A stretch of 64,000 nucleotides of DNA from Harriotta raleighana (lineage: Eukaryota): contig JBNZDD010013568.1 in the NCBI GenBank assembly GCA_050575255.1, positions 1,419,243-1,483,242 on the forward strand, in the 5' to 3' direction. Position numbers and translations under genes: made by a program. Below the pieces are notes generated by a model. That model worked only from the letters and a program-made list of their open reading frames with translations, was not told where the DNA came from and did no database searches. This document shows, in pieces, positions 1-12,740 of the stretch (positions within the stretch are counted from its first letter, which is position 1; every line of letters begins with the position of its first letter).

Positions 1-68
1 CTGTGAAGCTCTTTGGGACATCTAGAAGATGCGAAAAGTGCTACATCAAATGCAAAGACTATTATTAT
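1..68 (+). mobile_element. 3' tail of tRNA/Deu-type SINE (tail type C)
   Basis: gtgaagctctttgggacatctagaagatgcgaaaagtgctacatcaaatgcaaagactattatt matches the 3' end of the full SINE at 25203-25523. Confidence 0.75.
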
Positions 69-3000
69 GTCAGGTGATGCTGCATTAATAAAATATTAAT
101 GGAAACACATGTATGTTTATAGTTATGGTCAGGCCTTTTCAGCTTTGTTGGTTCGTAACCACACTATTAGCAGCACTATAGGCATCCATTATCCATTGCG
201 CATGCTGGTATCTCATGGGCTGGCTCCGAAGGCTGCTTAATTTGCTATCACTTCATGAGAAGACGTGTGCTTACTCAGGGCTTTTCTCTCGTGCTGTTCT
301 TTTGAATCCCTGAGGGCAAATTTTATGCCCTTTCATCACCCAATATCTTTATACTACAGGCATATATATATAATATATAAGCAAGGGATCAATAACACTA
401 ATTGACCAGATTCTATAGAACTCGTATCAACACTGGTATTGTGGGAAAGTTAAAATAACTAGATTTCTTTTTCTCTTCCTATCTGTTTGTGCAATAGTGG
501 GGTTGTGTGTACTTATAGTAGATCTGCAATATCACACAGTATCATACAATCACTTCACAGCAATTCCCTGTGATGCTTTTTGGGACATTCTTACATTATA
601 GATGCTGCATCGAGTGCAAGGATTTTTTTTTTTCATGAGACTATTGGTTTCCTCAATAGAAGAAATTGCATTGAAGAATATTATTCTTGTTATGGGGAAG
701 AGAATTGGTGAGTTCCCTGGTTCTAAATTGGTTCTAACATGTGTTTCTCTCTTGTGTGTGCTAACTACTCAATTTTCCAGGCACAAGGCTCTCTAAATAA
801 TCTTCATTTTGCTTCCAGACCTGTTTCCCCTTGATTTTTAAGGTCTCCAACTATTAACATATACTTTGACTTCTTTGCAAGATCTTTTCTGAGCAGTAAT
901 GAGGTACATCTTTTAGCAGAATCCTATCCGATACCATGGTTCATGTGTGAGCTTTTTCTTCTTTTCCATTTTGAAGCCTTTTAATTCGAGTTCCCGAGGT
1001 GATTGAAGATAAATCCTTAACACAGTTTTCGTGAAAGGAAAGTATCATACCAGTTTAATTCAAAAGTCATTTTGTTTCAAATTGCCTGTAAAATGAGATG
1101 GTGGATATAATCTCAGTCTCATTATAATCTGCCCACAAATTGGTTTTTAATTGAAGTTTTTGTACTCGTGTCAGTCAGTGTGTATTGAGAAGCAATTTTA
1201 CAAATCCAGACAGGATCAACAGCAATTGGAAGTGTTAACTTTTCAACAATTGTAGAAATCAAAGCACCCGACCGAAAAGGCCTCATTAACCACCCCTGTT
1301 TTTAATTAATTGGCTCTACAGCTTAGTTCTTCAAAGCTCTTAACAGCCATAAGCTTTCGCAAGATTAATTATAAAAGATCCGTAATCAAAATAATTAATC
1401 TTGCCTCCGGCAGTTCTTAGGCTGGTGACCTACATGCGGAATTGTACTAAACAGCATGTGTGAAGCATTACTGACATTTTTAAAGTACAAGTTACAGGCA
1501 AGACGGAAATCGATGTATCTGGATTGTACTCCTGCCTTGGAGGAAATTAAGTGGGCTGCGCGCCGACATTCCTCATAGGATGAAACCTTTACCCGTCATT
1601 TCTCTGACAGTTTTCTTTCAGAAGGATGGTGTCGGAATCCTTTGTCTGCTGGGATATGATTCTACTGACCGATGATATCTCACCACCATTATTCATTTGT
1701 GTCTTGTCAGTGAGTATCATCCATCTATTTGATCCTTGGGTGGGTGGGTAGTTGAGGATATGGGATTATTGATCTCGGACCCGCCACAACTTTTATACAG
1801 TGCTCTTCAGACAGGGCAGCATGCCCGGCTTTAAGCGGGGAGATGCATGAGAGAACAAAATATGATGAAATGTTCTTGCAAAGGAGCTTCACTATTTCCA
1901 ACCATTCTTTCTAATTCAGTTCCTGAGCTAGGTTAACATGAGTGGTTAACATGAATCTAGTTATTGTGTATATAGTTTGGGGTTTGTCCCTCAGTAATGT
2001 CCCTCAAACATTCGCTGTCCTCTTTACTGTTGAAACAGAATGACGGGTCCTGGTTTTAAACCACTTATTTGCACACAGTTGGCTGGAAGATTATTTACTC
2101 TTAAAATTTAAAGTCATGCAGGATTTTGAAAAATTGGTAAGACACTCAGATTGGAAGCCAGTTTTTTTTTCAGAACTGTAGAAATCTAGCTTCCAAATTA
2201 AGGCTGAATTTTCCACTATTCTTTGTCATTTACAATACATTTTAAGACAGTATTGTTTAACTGTCCTTACTAATCCAGTAGGATGCTTTCGAATGCTTTC
2301 TATATTTACCATACAAAAGTACATTGGGGCAGATAGGTCGAGGGACATGGAGCAGCCATTCTGTCCCTAACCTCTAGAATTACATCCCACAACCCCTCCT
2401 CCTCTCCCTCCTTTCATACACTGGAAGAAAGGCGTCTAAGAACATAAACACATGTGACACGCTAATCAGTTTATCAGACCTTGTTGGTTCATTCTGTTAA
2501 AATAAGGTTGTCTTCTGTTTCCATGATGCTGCACATTCTTCCTCACACTTGCCTCTCACACCCACTGAATTAGAGGAAAACAATATCCAAGAATCTAGGA
2601 AGTTTTACATCTGTAAGGTGCATTGCCAATCGCGAATCTGAATAAAATATCTTTGGATTAGAAATCTCTAGGAATTTAATGTTAGCTAATTGATGCTGAA
2701 CGAGGTTCAGTTCAGATTCAACTGTGAAATTAATTAGCTAATTAAATAATGTGATTTTCCCCCAAATAAAAACAAACAGGCTGCTAATTTCCTGTCCTAC
2801 TATATAACTGAGCCTACACCTTTACCAGAAAGCTGGCTCTCTTTTTTAAGATTCCACTTCTAAGCAAACTACCTTTAAGCAGACCAAGTGATCGTTCCTC
2901 ATGTGTAAGCATTGGCAGTCATAATGTTGGCAGCTTATCTGCCATGTAACCTCGCCTGGTATTATCCTCACTGAAGAATCACATGCACGTTTTCCAGAAA

Positions 3001-4936
3001 CTCTTGTCAGCTGAGATCACGTCCCAACTGTTTAAGCAACAACTATAACACAAGGTGTGAGAGTGCTACTGAAGCCCTTGCCAGTCATAAGCAAGGCTTT
3101 GATACTTGGGGAGCTAACATGGGGTCATTTCCATTTGGATTCTTTAATAAATAAACTAGAAATTATCATGCAGGGACTATGCTGTGATGTATTTTAGGAA
3201 TCGTTTGGGGTGACTTGTTTCTGGTCGGTACAAACAAGTCGCCTCAAACGATTGCACGGAATCCCTCATTATGCTGTGTGTTGAATCTTCTTGTGCTAGG
3301 AAGTACATGGCCCTTTGACCAGTTGTGAGAGGAATGTGGGAAAGCGACTCATGAAGAAGTCTACGCATAAAATTGTTGCACATCATATGGCAACCAAATG
3401 CCAGATTCTAGCACATTTATGTGCTCCACATAATGAGTGTCCCTCAGGAAATGTACAACCATGTGGCCTGCTTCATAATTAGAATCCTGATCTGTGGAAC
3501 TGGAAATTAATTCTCCAGGCATGGGCTGTCAGGTACACTCAGCAGCTTGTGACACGTGAGTGTGTGCGTAGAGATTACATTTTTCTATGTGTGGGTTTAT
3601 CGAATAAAGAGAGTAAATAGGAAGTAAATCATCCTTCATCTCACCAGATTCTCATGAAAACCATTTTCTGACAAGAAGTGTAGGTGGCCCTTTATCTTAT
3701 CAGCTCCCTTTGACAGGAATCGAGTTGACCTAAAAGGTTATGAAATCCCATTAGCTTTGAATGTGAGCTTCCCATGCATTATAGACCAAAATACTGCTCA
3801 AACCCATCAAGCTGTAGCAGCTACTCTGCACCTGAGGGAAGAGATGTATTACTTTCCTTGCTGCTGGAGCACACGTGATAAACTGCATCTTCGGATTGTG
3901 ACTGAAATGTGTTGGGTTAACGGAATTGGTGTAGTGGGAAGGAAGGAGGCCGAGTCAGGGCTGACTTGATGCAGGGCCTTGCATTCTGTGGTTTGGCGCG
4001 TTATTGTCAGTGTTTTTTTCTCTCTCTTCCCTGTCAGTAAGTGGTGGTTAATCTGTCTGAAAGCAGGCGATAACAGCAATCTGCTTCCAGGCAGGGCACC
4101 AGTGACACTAATCTGGTTCCTGTGGGTTGACACATAAATTTAGCTCCTTCGAAAGCCCGATGTAAACCACAGCTGCTCTTTTCTGTTGAGCTGGTTTCAG
4201 TTTGAGTTTTGCTTATTATTATTTTTTAAGTGGAAAATGACAAGTACCTCAAGATAGTTCAGAGACTAATAATTGTCCCGGGTAAGATTGGTGGAGTCTA
4301 GTCTTTGGTTGCCTTAAGATTCCAACAGCGCAGATTTAGGGAGCGTTGAATGAAAAAAAAAAAAATTTTAGCTTTGTATTTCTTTTGGTTTTTGGAATTC
4401 GCTCTTCTTGCTGTCCTGGAGACGTTGACTTGTACTGGGTTACAGCTCACGGGCACAACGTTTTCTACAGGTTCTAGCACAAGTGACCATTCTTCGCCTC
4501 AGGCAAAGTAATCACATCCATATTTAATTCCATCCTCACCAGAGATCCACAAATCACTTGCAGCAGGGGGCACTGTACAGCGACCAGAGACTGATTTATA
4601 TTTATGCCCCTCAAGCATTGCACATTCGTAACAAAATGCTATCAACCGCTGGATTTGGTATACAAGTGTCTATGTCACCTACTCGATTCAGTTTCTTAAT
4701 TGCAGCTTCTAGTTTGTGAGTTTAGCTGTGACACTTTGCGTACAAATCACCCATGTGCTTCCTCAGATTTTTGCTGTCCGCAAATTACAATTTAACACAA
4801 GAACTCTGTTTTGGAAATGCCAAAAAGCAGTCCGAAAGAGCCTTTGGTTGGAGAAGGAGTCAGAAATGTGTCTCATTTCTAGTGAGCTGCTCTGTTGCTT
4901 TGCTTTTCAGCTCAATGTGGAATGTAAAGTCAATCT

Positions 4937-5135
4937 ATCAATCAATCAAAATGACATTCACTTAGCGCCCTTCACGTCGGAAGGACGTCCCAAGGCGCTG
5001 TACAGTCAAGTAGGGATCAGAGAGGTGGGAGGGGGAGGGGGAAGGAAAGCAGGAAAAAGTGACCGCATATTTGTGGGCGAAACGCGGCAGCCAAATTGCC
5101 CTCAGCAGTGTCCCACAAACAGCCATGGAAGTGAG
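4937..5135 (-). mobile_element. SINE 3' part: Deu-like body + pyrimidine spacer + L2 tail type A ending in (GATT)n
   Basis: Shares tttgtgggcgaaacgcggcagccaaattg...tcccacaaacag with the 25203 SINE (reverse complement) and carries the tail seen on the L2 at 20089. Confidence 0.75.
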
Positions 5136-5930
5136 GGGGTCAGGGGAGAAAGGGGGGAAAGATGGCAAGAGGAGGGGTCAGGGGTAGTGAGCTTGAATCA
5201 CAGCCTTGCCCAAAAGTAACCATCAGACCAGGATTCAGAGAGGAAAAGCTAGTCCAACATCCAGCAATCGGTCCCTTGGAAATGAATGAATTTCCTGTAA
5301 CTGCAATGAACAGTGGAGGAAAGGAGCAGAGGGAGCAGTTATCTGAACAGCATGCAATTATTCTAACTGCTATCTCTTGAACCTTTAAAACCAGCTCAGG
5401 GCATTTGCAAATGGAAATTGATATGCTAAATCCTGAGGCAATCCCAAGCTTTTCCAATGAATTTTATTCCGTGTTGAGGGCATGACCAATTCCGAAATCA
5501 GTGTTAGTCACAGGGACCAGGGTGATGTAGTGAGGTCCGCTGAAGTGTGTTTATGACAAGTACATCATTTGCTCAAATGCACAGAAATTCTTAAATTAAA
5601 AGCGTGTCCGAGAGGAAGTGATATTTTATCCATGCGTTTAGCTGTGTTAAACAGTGGCTTGGCTCGTAGCAACTTTGCTTGAACTCACAGGTCTGTTCCG
5701 GATTTACTGTGCCTTACATTCAATCTAGACATTTCTGTACTGTCCGTGACAAGCGCAATGGGAGGAAATGACTGAAATGATACACTGGGATGGGGATTGA
5801 GCTGCATCATTGATATTTCAAAAACAGACTTGTTGAGTTAATTTGTGATTTGGGAGTGAGAGTGATGTTGTCTTTGGTGATATGATGGGGAGTTGGATAA
5901 TCCAATCCTTCTGGAACTTCAATATTAAAG

Positions 5931-5931
<1 letters not shown>

Positions 5932-5967
<36 letters not shown>
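5932..5967. repeat. (TG)n microsatellite
   Basis: Perfect TG dinucleotide run. Confidence 0.98.
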
Positions 5968-5969
<2 letters not shown>

Positions 5970-6238
5970 GGGGAGGGTGAGGAGAAAATGAATTTTCTCC
6001 TGTTATCAAACCACCACTGTATCAGAGCTGAATTCAGCAAACGTTACCAAGGCCAGTTAGGACACTCGTCCTCTTTAACTCCGGAATTCTCAGGATATGA
6101 AAGAAGATATCTCTAGCTGTCCTGTCACTAGGTGTCGACTTCTAAGTACAGAAGGCATTAAAAGTGCAAGTGACAACAACTGCTCCCTCAACAGCACTGA
6201 CCTGGGATTCCTCCCACAATTTCTGGTTTGCATCTTTG

Positions 6239-6514
6239 AGGCCTTAAGTTCCACCTCGTTCTAGTCTGTGAGACCCATGAAAAGGGGGCTTCCAAATTAA
6301 GAGTTGAATAATTTATGGCAGATAGTGGAATTCTGAAATTAAAAAAGAAGTCGCTGGGAATACTCAGCAGGTCAGGCAGTATCTATGGAGAGAGGAAAAT
6401 GAATTTCGGGTTGATGACTGTCATCAGAACTAATTTTTTAAACAAAATTCCTCATGATTTTAAGTTTTAAGACAGAATGAGCCCACAGGCTGAGACCAGA
6501 TCAAATTTGGGGCT
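6239..6514. mobile_element. Degenerate MITE (AGGCCTGAAATT-TIR family) interrupted by a Penelope-like fragment
   Basis: Left aggccttaagttccacctcgttctagtctgtg and right cacaggctgagaccagatcaaatttggggct are imperfect inverted repeats matching the ends at 41261, 43544, 52642 and 56059. Confidence 0.55.
6341..6431 (-). mobile_element. Decayed Penelope-like pLTR fragment
   Basis: Reverse complement agttctgatgacagtcatcaacccgaaattc...tctccatagatactgcctgacctgctgagtattccc aligns with 45560-45659. Confidence 0.7.
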
Positions 6515-7343
6515 TTTAGTTTCGATTGTAGTACATTTGTGCATCATTGCAATAATAATCCTTGGAATTGATTCAACATCTGTAATGTTGAGATGCATTA
6601 ACCTGTGCAACACATGCTAATCAAGTTACTGTTATTGGTATCCTTGCCTACTCATCCAAGTACCTCCATTGCCAGATAAATAAGGCAAGTCGCTTGATCC
6701 AAAATCAGATATTACCCATCAGATTCCTGTGCCTCCACTTTGTGCCTGTAATTCAGACTTCTTTCTACTGGGACTATCTGAATTATTAAAGTATGGAACA
6801 AGAATTATTGAGCTGTTGATTCTAACACACAGGAAACACTGAAGTGAGTTTGTGCGCCATTGACCACGTGGCGTTGCGTTTGATTTAACATGCTTTTTGC
6901 ATATTTTTTGACTGCATCTATCTGGTTGTATAACTTGTCACACAGCTATTAGTGCGGCGATATCTCTGCATTACCGATAGACACATCAGTAAATTTGCCT
7001 TGTCACTAACGGACTCACAGTCTGTAATAAAACCAAAGTAATGAGTTTTCCAGGAAGAAGCTCGCAATTTCCTGTCTGCCTCATTTACAGCTGCGCAACT
7101 CTGGTGTTAATATTCTACTGGAGGAATCGGCAATGTGTTTTAAAATGGAAATCACTTACAAAGAGTTTTAGAAAAAACATTCACCACGGGGTAATCTCTC
7201 ACAATGCAGCAATTAACATCCCTTTCCACTCCAGGACTATTCTCATGTTAGCTTAGGCGTTCATGCATATTAAACCCCCTGGAGACGTTACAAATGTTTA
7301 TTTTCTCTCTCCGTCACACAAGATCTTTAAATAAAGACTATAC

Positions 7344-7420
7344 AGGCCTGAAATTCATTTAGTCTTATCCTGCAAGACAATCAGAATTGTGGGAAATTCC
7401 TAAATCTGGGATTGATTTGG
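7344..7420. mobile_element. MITE terminal fragment (AGGCCTGAAATT family)
   Basis: aggcctgaaattcatttagtcttatcctg...tgggaaattcctaaatctgg matches 41261-41340. Confidence 0.5.
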
Positions 7421-7539
7421 AATTCTGCAGTCTTGAATAATAAGACAAAATAGCCTTACATACAGCATCGCACTTTGCAGTTTATGACATGAGCTCGTCA
7501 CTTGATTGCGTCCAAGGTACCACCTCTCTGTTTATTGCA

Positions 7540-8182
7540 CTGTAAGTTATTCATCACCTGAGTCCTGTAAACATCTACTGGCAGACACTGAGATTGCTTG
7601 GCTTCTCACTGACAGCTGTCAATTGGAGACCGTGATCCAGCTCAAACAGAACTCCGCTGCCTGCATTCTTACCCGAACCAAACTTTACTCCCCGATTACC
7701 CCAGTCCTCGCCAGACTTCACTGGCTCCCTGTCACAGAGCGAATTGACTTCCAAATCCTCACTCTTGTGTTTAAATCCCTCCACTCCTTTGCACCTTGGG
7801 ACGTCCTCTCGACATGAAAGGCGCTCTATAAGTGTAATTTTGTTACTGTTGTTGTTGTACCTCCTATCTCTCTCCTCACAGCAGTACCTGCTGCCTTCGC
7901 TCCACTGGCTCTGGCCTCCTCCTTGTCCCCCGAATCCTCCTCTCCACCATCGGCGCCTTGCTTTCAGCCACTACGGCCCCACACTCTGGAACTCCCTCCC
8001 TCAATCCCTTCGCCTCACCGCCTACTTTTCCATTTGTAGGTCATGCCTGAAGACCATTCTGTTCGACCGCGACTACAGTCACCTTCTCGCTCCTGGCTCA
8101 GCCCCGGGCTCCGCTATTGTGAAGCGTTCTGAGACCGGCCGTCTGGCGTGGAGGGCGCTATCTAACCCCACGTTGTTGTTGT
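7540..8182 (+). mobile_element. 5'-truncated L2-clade LINE (RT C-terminus + tail type B), interrupted by a type-A tail insertion
   Basis: Translation QNSAACILTRTKLYSPITPVLARLHWLPVTERIDFQILTLVFKSLH and later AFSHYGPTLWNSLPQSLR are typical L2 ORF2 C-terminal motifs; ends in (GTT)n. Confidence 0.9.
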
Positions 8183-11100
8183 GATAACACTCCCTCACGA
8201 CACTTTATCTGACCCTTGTCAGAAATGAAGATGCTTGAGATCACTTGATTGATTTTTATTCGTTACATTAGAAGTGTTTTTACAGCAGTTCAGACCACAT
8301 TTTATTTTTAAATCGTCACTTTTGCTAATCTGTATCCTGTGCTCAGTTCAACTTTTCTAAGGGCAGAAAGAAATCTCCATTGGCTTAGGTGAGTGTTTAG
8401 ATCATTTCTGCATCACTGATACATCCAAAGCACGACTTTCAACTTGAACACACCAATCCCATTAAGTCTGCCAGTGAGCATGAGAGAACATGTTTAACAT
8501 GTCAGTGACTTGAAATTACAGAAAACAGGCATCCCCAGACTGCTTATCCGACGAGATACTAGTTGCAGATACAAATTATATCTGTATAAAATTGGAAACC
8601 GTAACATATAATCCAGTTGTCCTTAGAAGTCATTTAAACACTGTCTCCAGACCACATTCCCACGTGTTTAAGATAGAAGTCTTTTTGGTTATGTTGTTGA
8701 TGTCTGTTGTTAGAAATCATGTACAGTTGATTTGATTCTGTCTAGTAAGAAAGTCTTTATTGTCTTCATTTGCAATTGTGTCAATGTGACAAGAGATTTC
8801 ATCCTGCTGAGAAACACTAACTGGTAAAAATCTCAAACAAACCATCTTCAGTGCCTTGTTTGCTCCCTCTTGCTATATTCAGATTTCAGTTTAATGGCTG
8901 GTGGAGTCCAATCAACAACAGCATCAGCAAAATTACATGTATAGAGCACCTTTCATGTCGGGAGGACGTCCGAAGGCTCTTAAGAAGAGGGGGAAAGGGA
9001 GATTAGCCTGGATTCTGCTCCTTAACAATAGCCCAATGAAGTGAGAGACAAATTTTACTTGGAGGATTGTTGGCCAGGACACCGGGAGAGAGAAACTTCC
9101 ATCCCTAATGGAATATATTGTTGCTTTAAAATCCATTCAATTATACATTTGTAACCCAGTAAGTGATGAATAATATATTACATTCAAAGTAATGTGTCAT
9201 GAGATATAATATGAAATGCCTGGTGAAAATTTTGGCCATAAAGATTAAATCATTAACCACCACCATCAGCACTTCTAAAGGTTCAGTTTTGTAGTCCAGG
9301 TTTAAATCCTGGTGGAATTAGTTACTTTCGGCTGGATTAAGCAGTGATAAGGGCAGGTCACTAAAATTAACCTTCATGGGAAGAAAGGGAAAGAAAGATT
9401 AGCCAGGGTTAGCCTTAGAGATAAGGCCTCAAAAGGAAAATCAGTAAAGAAAGACTTATCTTAAATTTTAAGACTTTTATCATTTCCCCTTGAATGTTTT
9501 GGTGTCATATTCACATCACTAATCTGGTCATCCATCTACAGTACTATGTGTTCCTTTGGAGAACAGCCGCAGTAGTCGGCCAGGGCTTTCGAAATTATTT
9601 TCAGACAATTGAGTAACTTTACCAAAATGGCTGCGACTCCAAAATTGACAAAGGGAGAGGGGTACAGAATGACAAAATTACAGTTGTATAACACCTTTCA
9701 CGTTGGGGGGGGGGGACATCGAAAGGCACCGAAAGAAGCTAATAATCTTATTATATTTGGCATACCACCATTCAGTTAGGGCAGAAATCCCAAATTGCTT
9801 CATTGCCTGCACAATAAAGTGGGGTTTTGTGGGCAAATGCAAAAACACTGAAGCAAACATTCACTACTCTGAAAATTTTCTCCATACCCGCCCCTGAAAG
9901 GAAGGGTAGGGTTCCTTGAACAGTGATAAGATGTAGATGAATTTCCCTCCTTCGCCAAGGGGCGCTCAGACTAATATAGTGTTCAGTTTACTCTCCGACT
10001 TAGATTGGCTACAACAGACCAGTGTTTGGACCAACAACCTGCCAATTTGTCTGGTGGGTGTTAGGTGTGAGGAGTAATGATTACCTTTACTCCAGTTGAG
10101 ATTGATATAATAATGCTGTATATAATAATAATAATAATCCTAACATTTATATAGTGCTTCCCACATCTTATCGACATCTCAAATGCAGAATACTCGAAGC
10201 ACATCATTCAAAAAAAGGTAAGTTTCGCGATAAATTTCATCACAACAGATCTCACAGAAATGAAAAAATATTGAGGAGAAAAATCACCATCTTGCCTTCG
10301 AATGAAGCAAAACCTAAATCGTGCAACGTGAAAGGAAAGCGTTGCTGTAATTGCTTTTACTGTCTGATTCATAATTCTGAGCATCATTTAATTAGACCTT
10401 TATTGTTATTGCGAGCGTTAAGCCCTTCCAGTCAGCCACCAACAATATGTTGCTGCTGTAATTACATCTTTGGCTCTTTACTGCCGGTTAAGAGGTTGTG
10501 TTGGAAATAGCAGGAGACTTTCCAGCTGATATTTTCTGCAGCGTTAACTGTCAGAAGCTGACAATCGTTTTATCGCTGGGGATTAATCCACAGCATGCGA
10601 ACTGAGATACACAATGTTATAGTTGAAGATGCAGAGTATTTCATCATCAGCTTACAAAAAGTGCCAAACTCCCATGCTATGGGGTTTAATTTGAAAATAG
10701 GGACTGTTTTTTAAATTCGTTTTTTTTCATTATATACACACAGTATATCATGTCTTAAATTTTTATAGTATCCAAGGCTTGAAGGTTTTTTTTTGAAGAA
10801 ATTGCTGAGTCTGCAACTGTGCTTGTGTCCAACATAAATTGAAATACAGTTTCGGAGATGAATACGGGAGTGTGGAACATTTTGTAATTTGATGCTGTGA
10901 TTTCAATAAGGATGACAAGTCATCACTTTTTATAGGTCTTAATATCTTGGGGCCAAGGAGATAGGACATGCTATATTGATGCAATGCTGGTGGTTCAATA
11001 TTCATGAAATGTTGTGAAGTGCTGGCTGGCATCTTATCCAATTTAAATTAATAAACAGAGTGTTTTAAATAGCCTACAAATAACATTATTACAACCCACA

Positions 11101-12663
11101 CAGTATTGCAGCATTCCAACTCATAAATTGAAGCCAGCAATCAATGCAGGAGAGGAATAAGGGCTGTCAACATATTTGTTTTGGGCGTGAATTGCAGTTT
11201 GTAAGATCTGTAACGCCATCCAAGAGCATGTGGAGATGCAGCGGAGGATTTGCATTGATTTATAACCCACCAACTATAGTGGTGGGATTTTGTTTCAATT
11301 AACACATCAACAACAACAAAATTACATTTATAGAGCGCCTTTCAGGTTGGGAGGATGTCCCAAGGCGCTGAGCAATCAGGGGTCAGGACGCAAGCCACAA
11401 ATGAATAATTTTTTTCATATTGTATTGCTTTGAGGTATTACTGACAACTCTGATATAACACGCTTCATTAGAATGCGGACTTCATCATCTTGGTTTGGAA
11501 AAAGCACACAATCTATTTGGTGTACCCATAGCTCATCATTTTGTTTTAGAAAACACACATAATCAACCATTGAACATAATCACAGGCTAGAACTGACTAA
11601 CGAAACAGAAAAGGCTGGTGTGATAGAGGGAACATTTCTTCTAATCTTAAACGAGACTGGATGGAATTTCGGGTTGAGAGTAGGTGAAATTTGAGGTCCC
11701 ATTTAGAGGAAGCATTGCTTTTAAGCGAGTGATAGTCAACAGTAACAGACTCTGTTTGTCGAGCAGACTAAGAATCATCCCAGAATGTACCTTTACTGCT
11801 GGCTACCAACAATGTGAATTCATACTTTTACATCGCTTTCCCACAACTGTCGCAGGACAGCTGCTCTGACACATATTCCTCACAAGAGTCGTACGTGAAA
11901 GCACCAAAGAGCTCTATGTTGGCATGTTGGCAGGAGGTTGCATTGCTCCTGCCCTCCGCCTCCCTTCCACAAAGCTTTGCTATGTCGTCTTCAGGTCAAA
12001 TGCTGGCGTGTTTTTGATATCCCGTGCCAAAGCAAAGCTGATGGAAAGGCGTTAGATTGACTGAACTCAGTCGTATTTGATAGATGTTTTTTTAGATATG
12101 AAATTTAAAAGGCTGCTTCATTCAAATGTGTTTGGGCACTGCCGTCTGCCAGCTCTTATTCTGGAGTTTCTACTTTCAGTCTATCTGAGTAAGAAACATT
12201 GAAATAATGAGTGTGTGGTGGTGACCTGTTTTGATTGATACTGGTGGATTCCTGCTATTTACCCTTTGACTTTCTGAGCCCAGTGTTTGATGTTAATTGC
12301 GATGTGACAAATGACAATGCTTCTCTCCAGGATGACTCAGTTACCGAACTAGACCAGACAGCAGTAAAATGACACTAAAATCAACCCATTACTGTCTTTC
12401 AGTGACTGCTGCTTGTAATTGTGGTGTGGGTTTTAACAACTGTCTGCTTAGAGTCAGTGGCCAGCACTTGTATCTGCCTTCCTGTGACAAGATAATGAAC
12501 CTATGGAAAGAATCTTGCTCTTTCGAGAAAAAAAATAGGAGAAAGTAATCCTGGCAGTATAAAGTCATATTATTATCAGATTTAAATATTATTTAGGATG
12601 AATCTTGAGATTAATTCTGAGTATTATCCAGCTGTAGAGGCTGGTATTAGGATTTTGAGTTCA

Positions 12664-12740
12664 GAACATAGGAACAGGAAGAGAATATTTAGTCCACTCA
12701 GCCTGTTCCACCAGGTTTTGAGATCTTGTCAGATCATTTC
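12664..12740 (-). mobile_element. CR1-clade LINE 3' tail remnant
   Basis: agaacataggaacaggaagag...cagcctgttccacc resembles the reverse complement of the chondrichthyan CR1 3' end; similar to 55871-55955. Confidence 0.55.

Noticed and set aside
4716-5219. Longest ORF in the window (167 aa)
   Set aside because: Non-ATG start, runs through an antisense SINE and a purine tract, no recognisable domain
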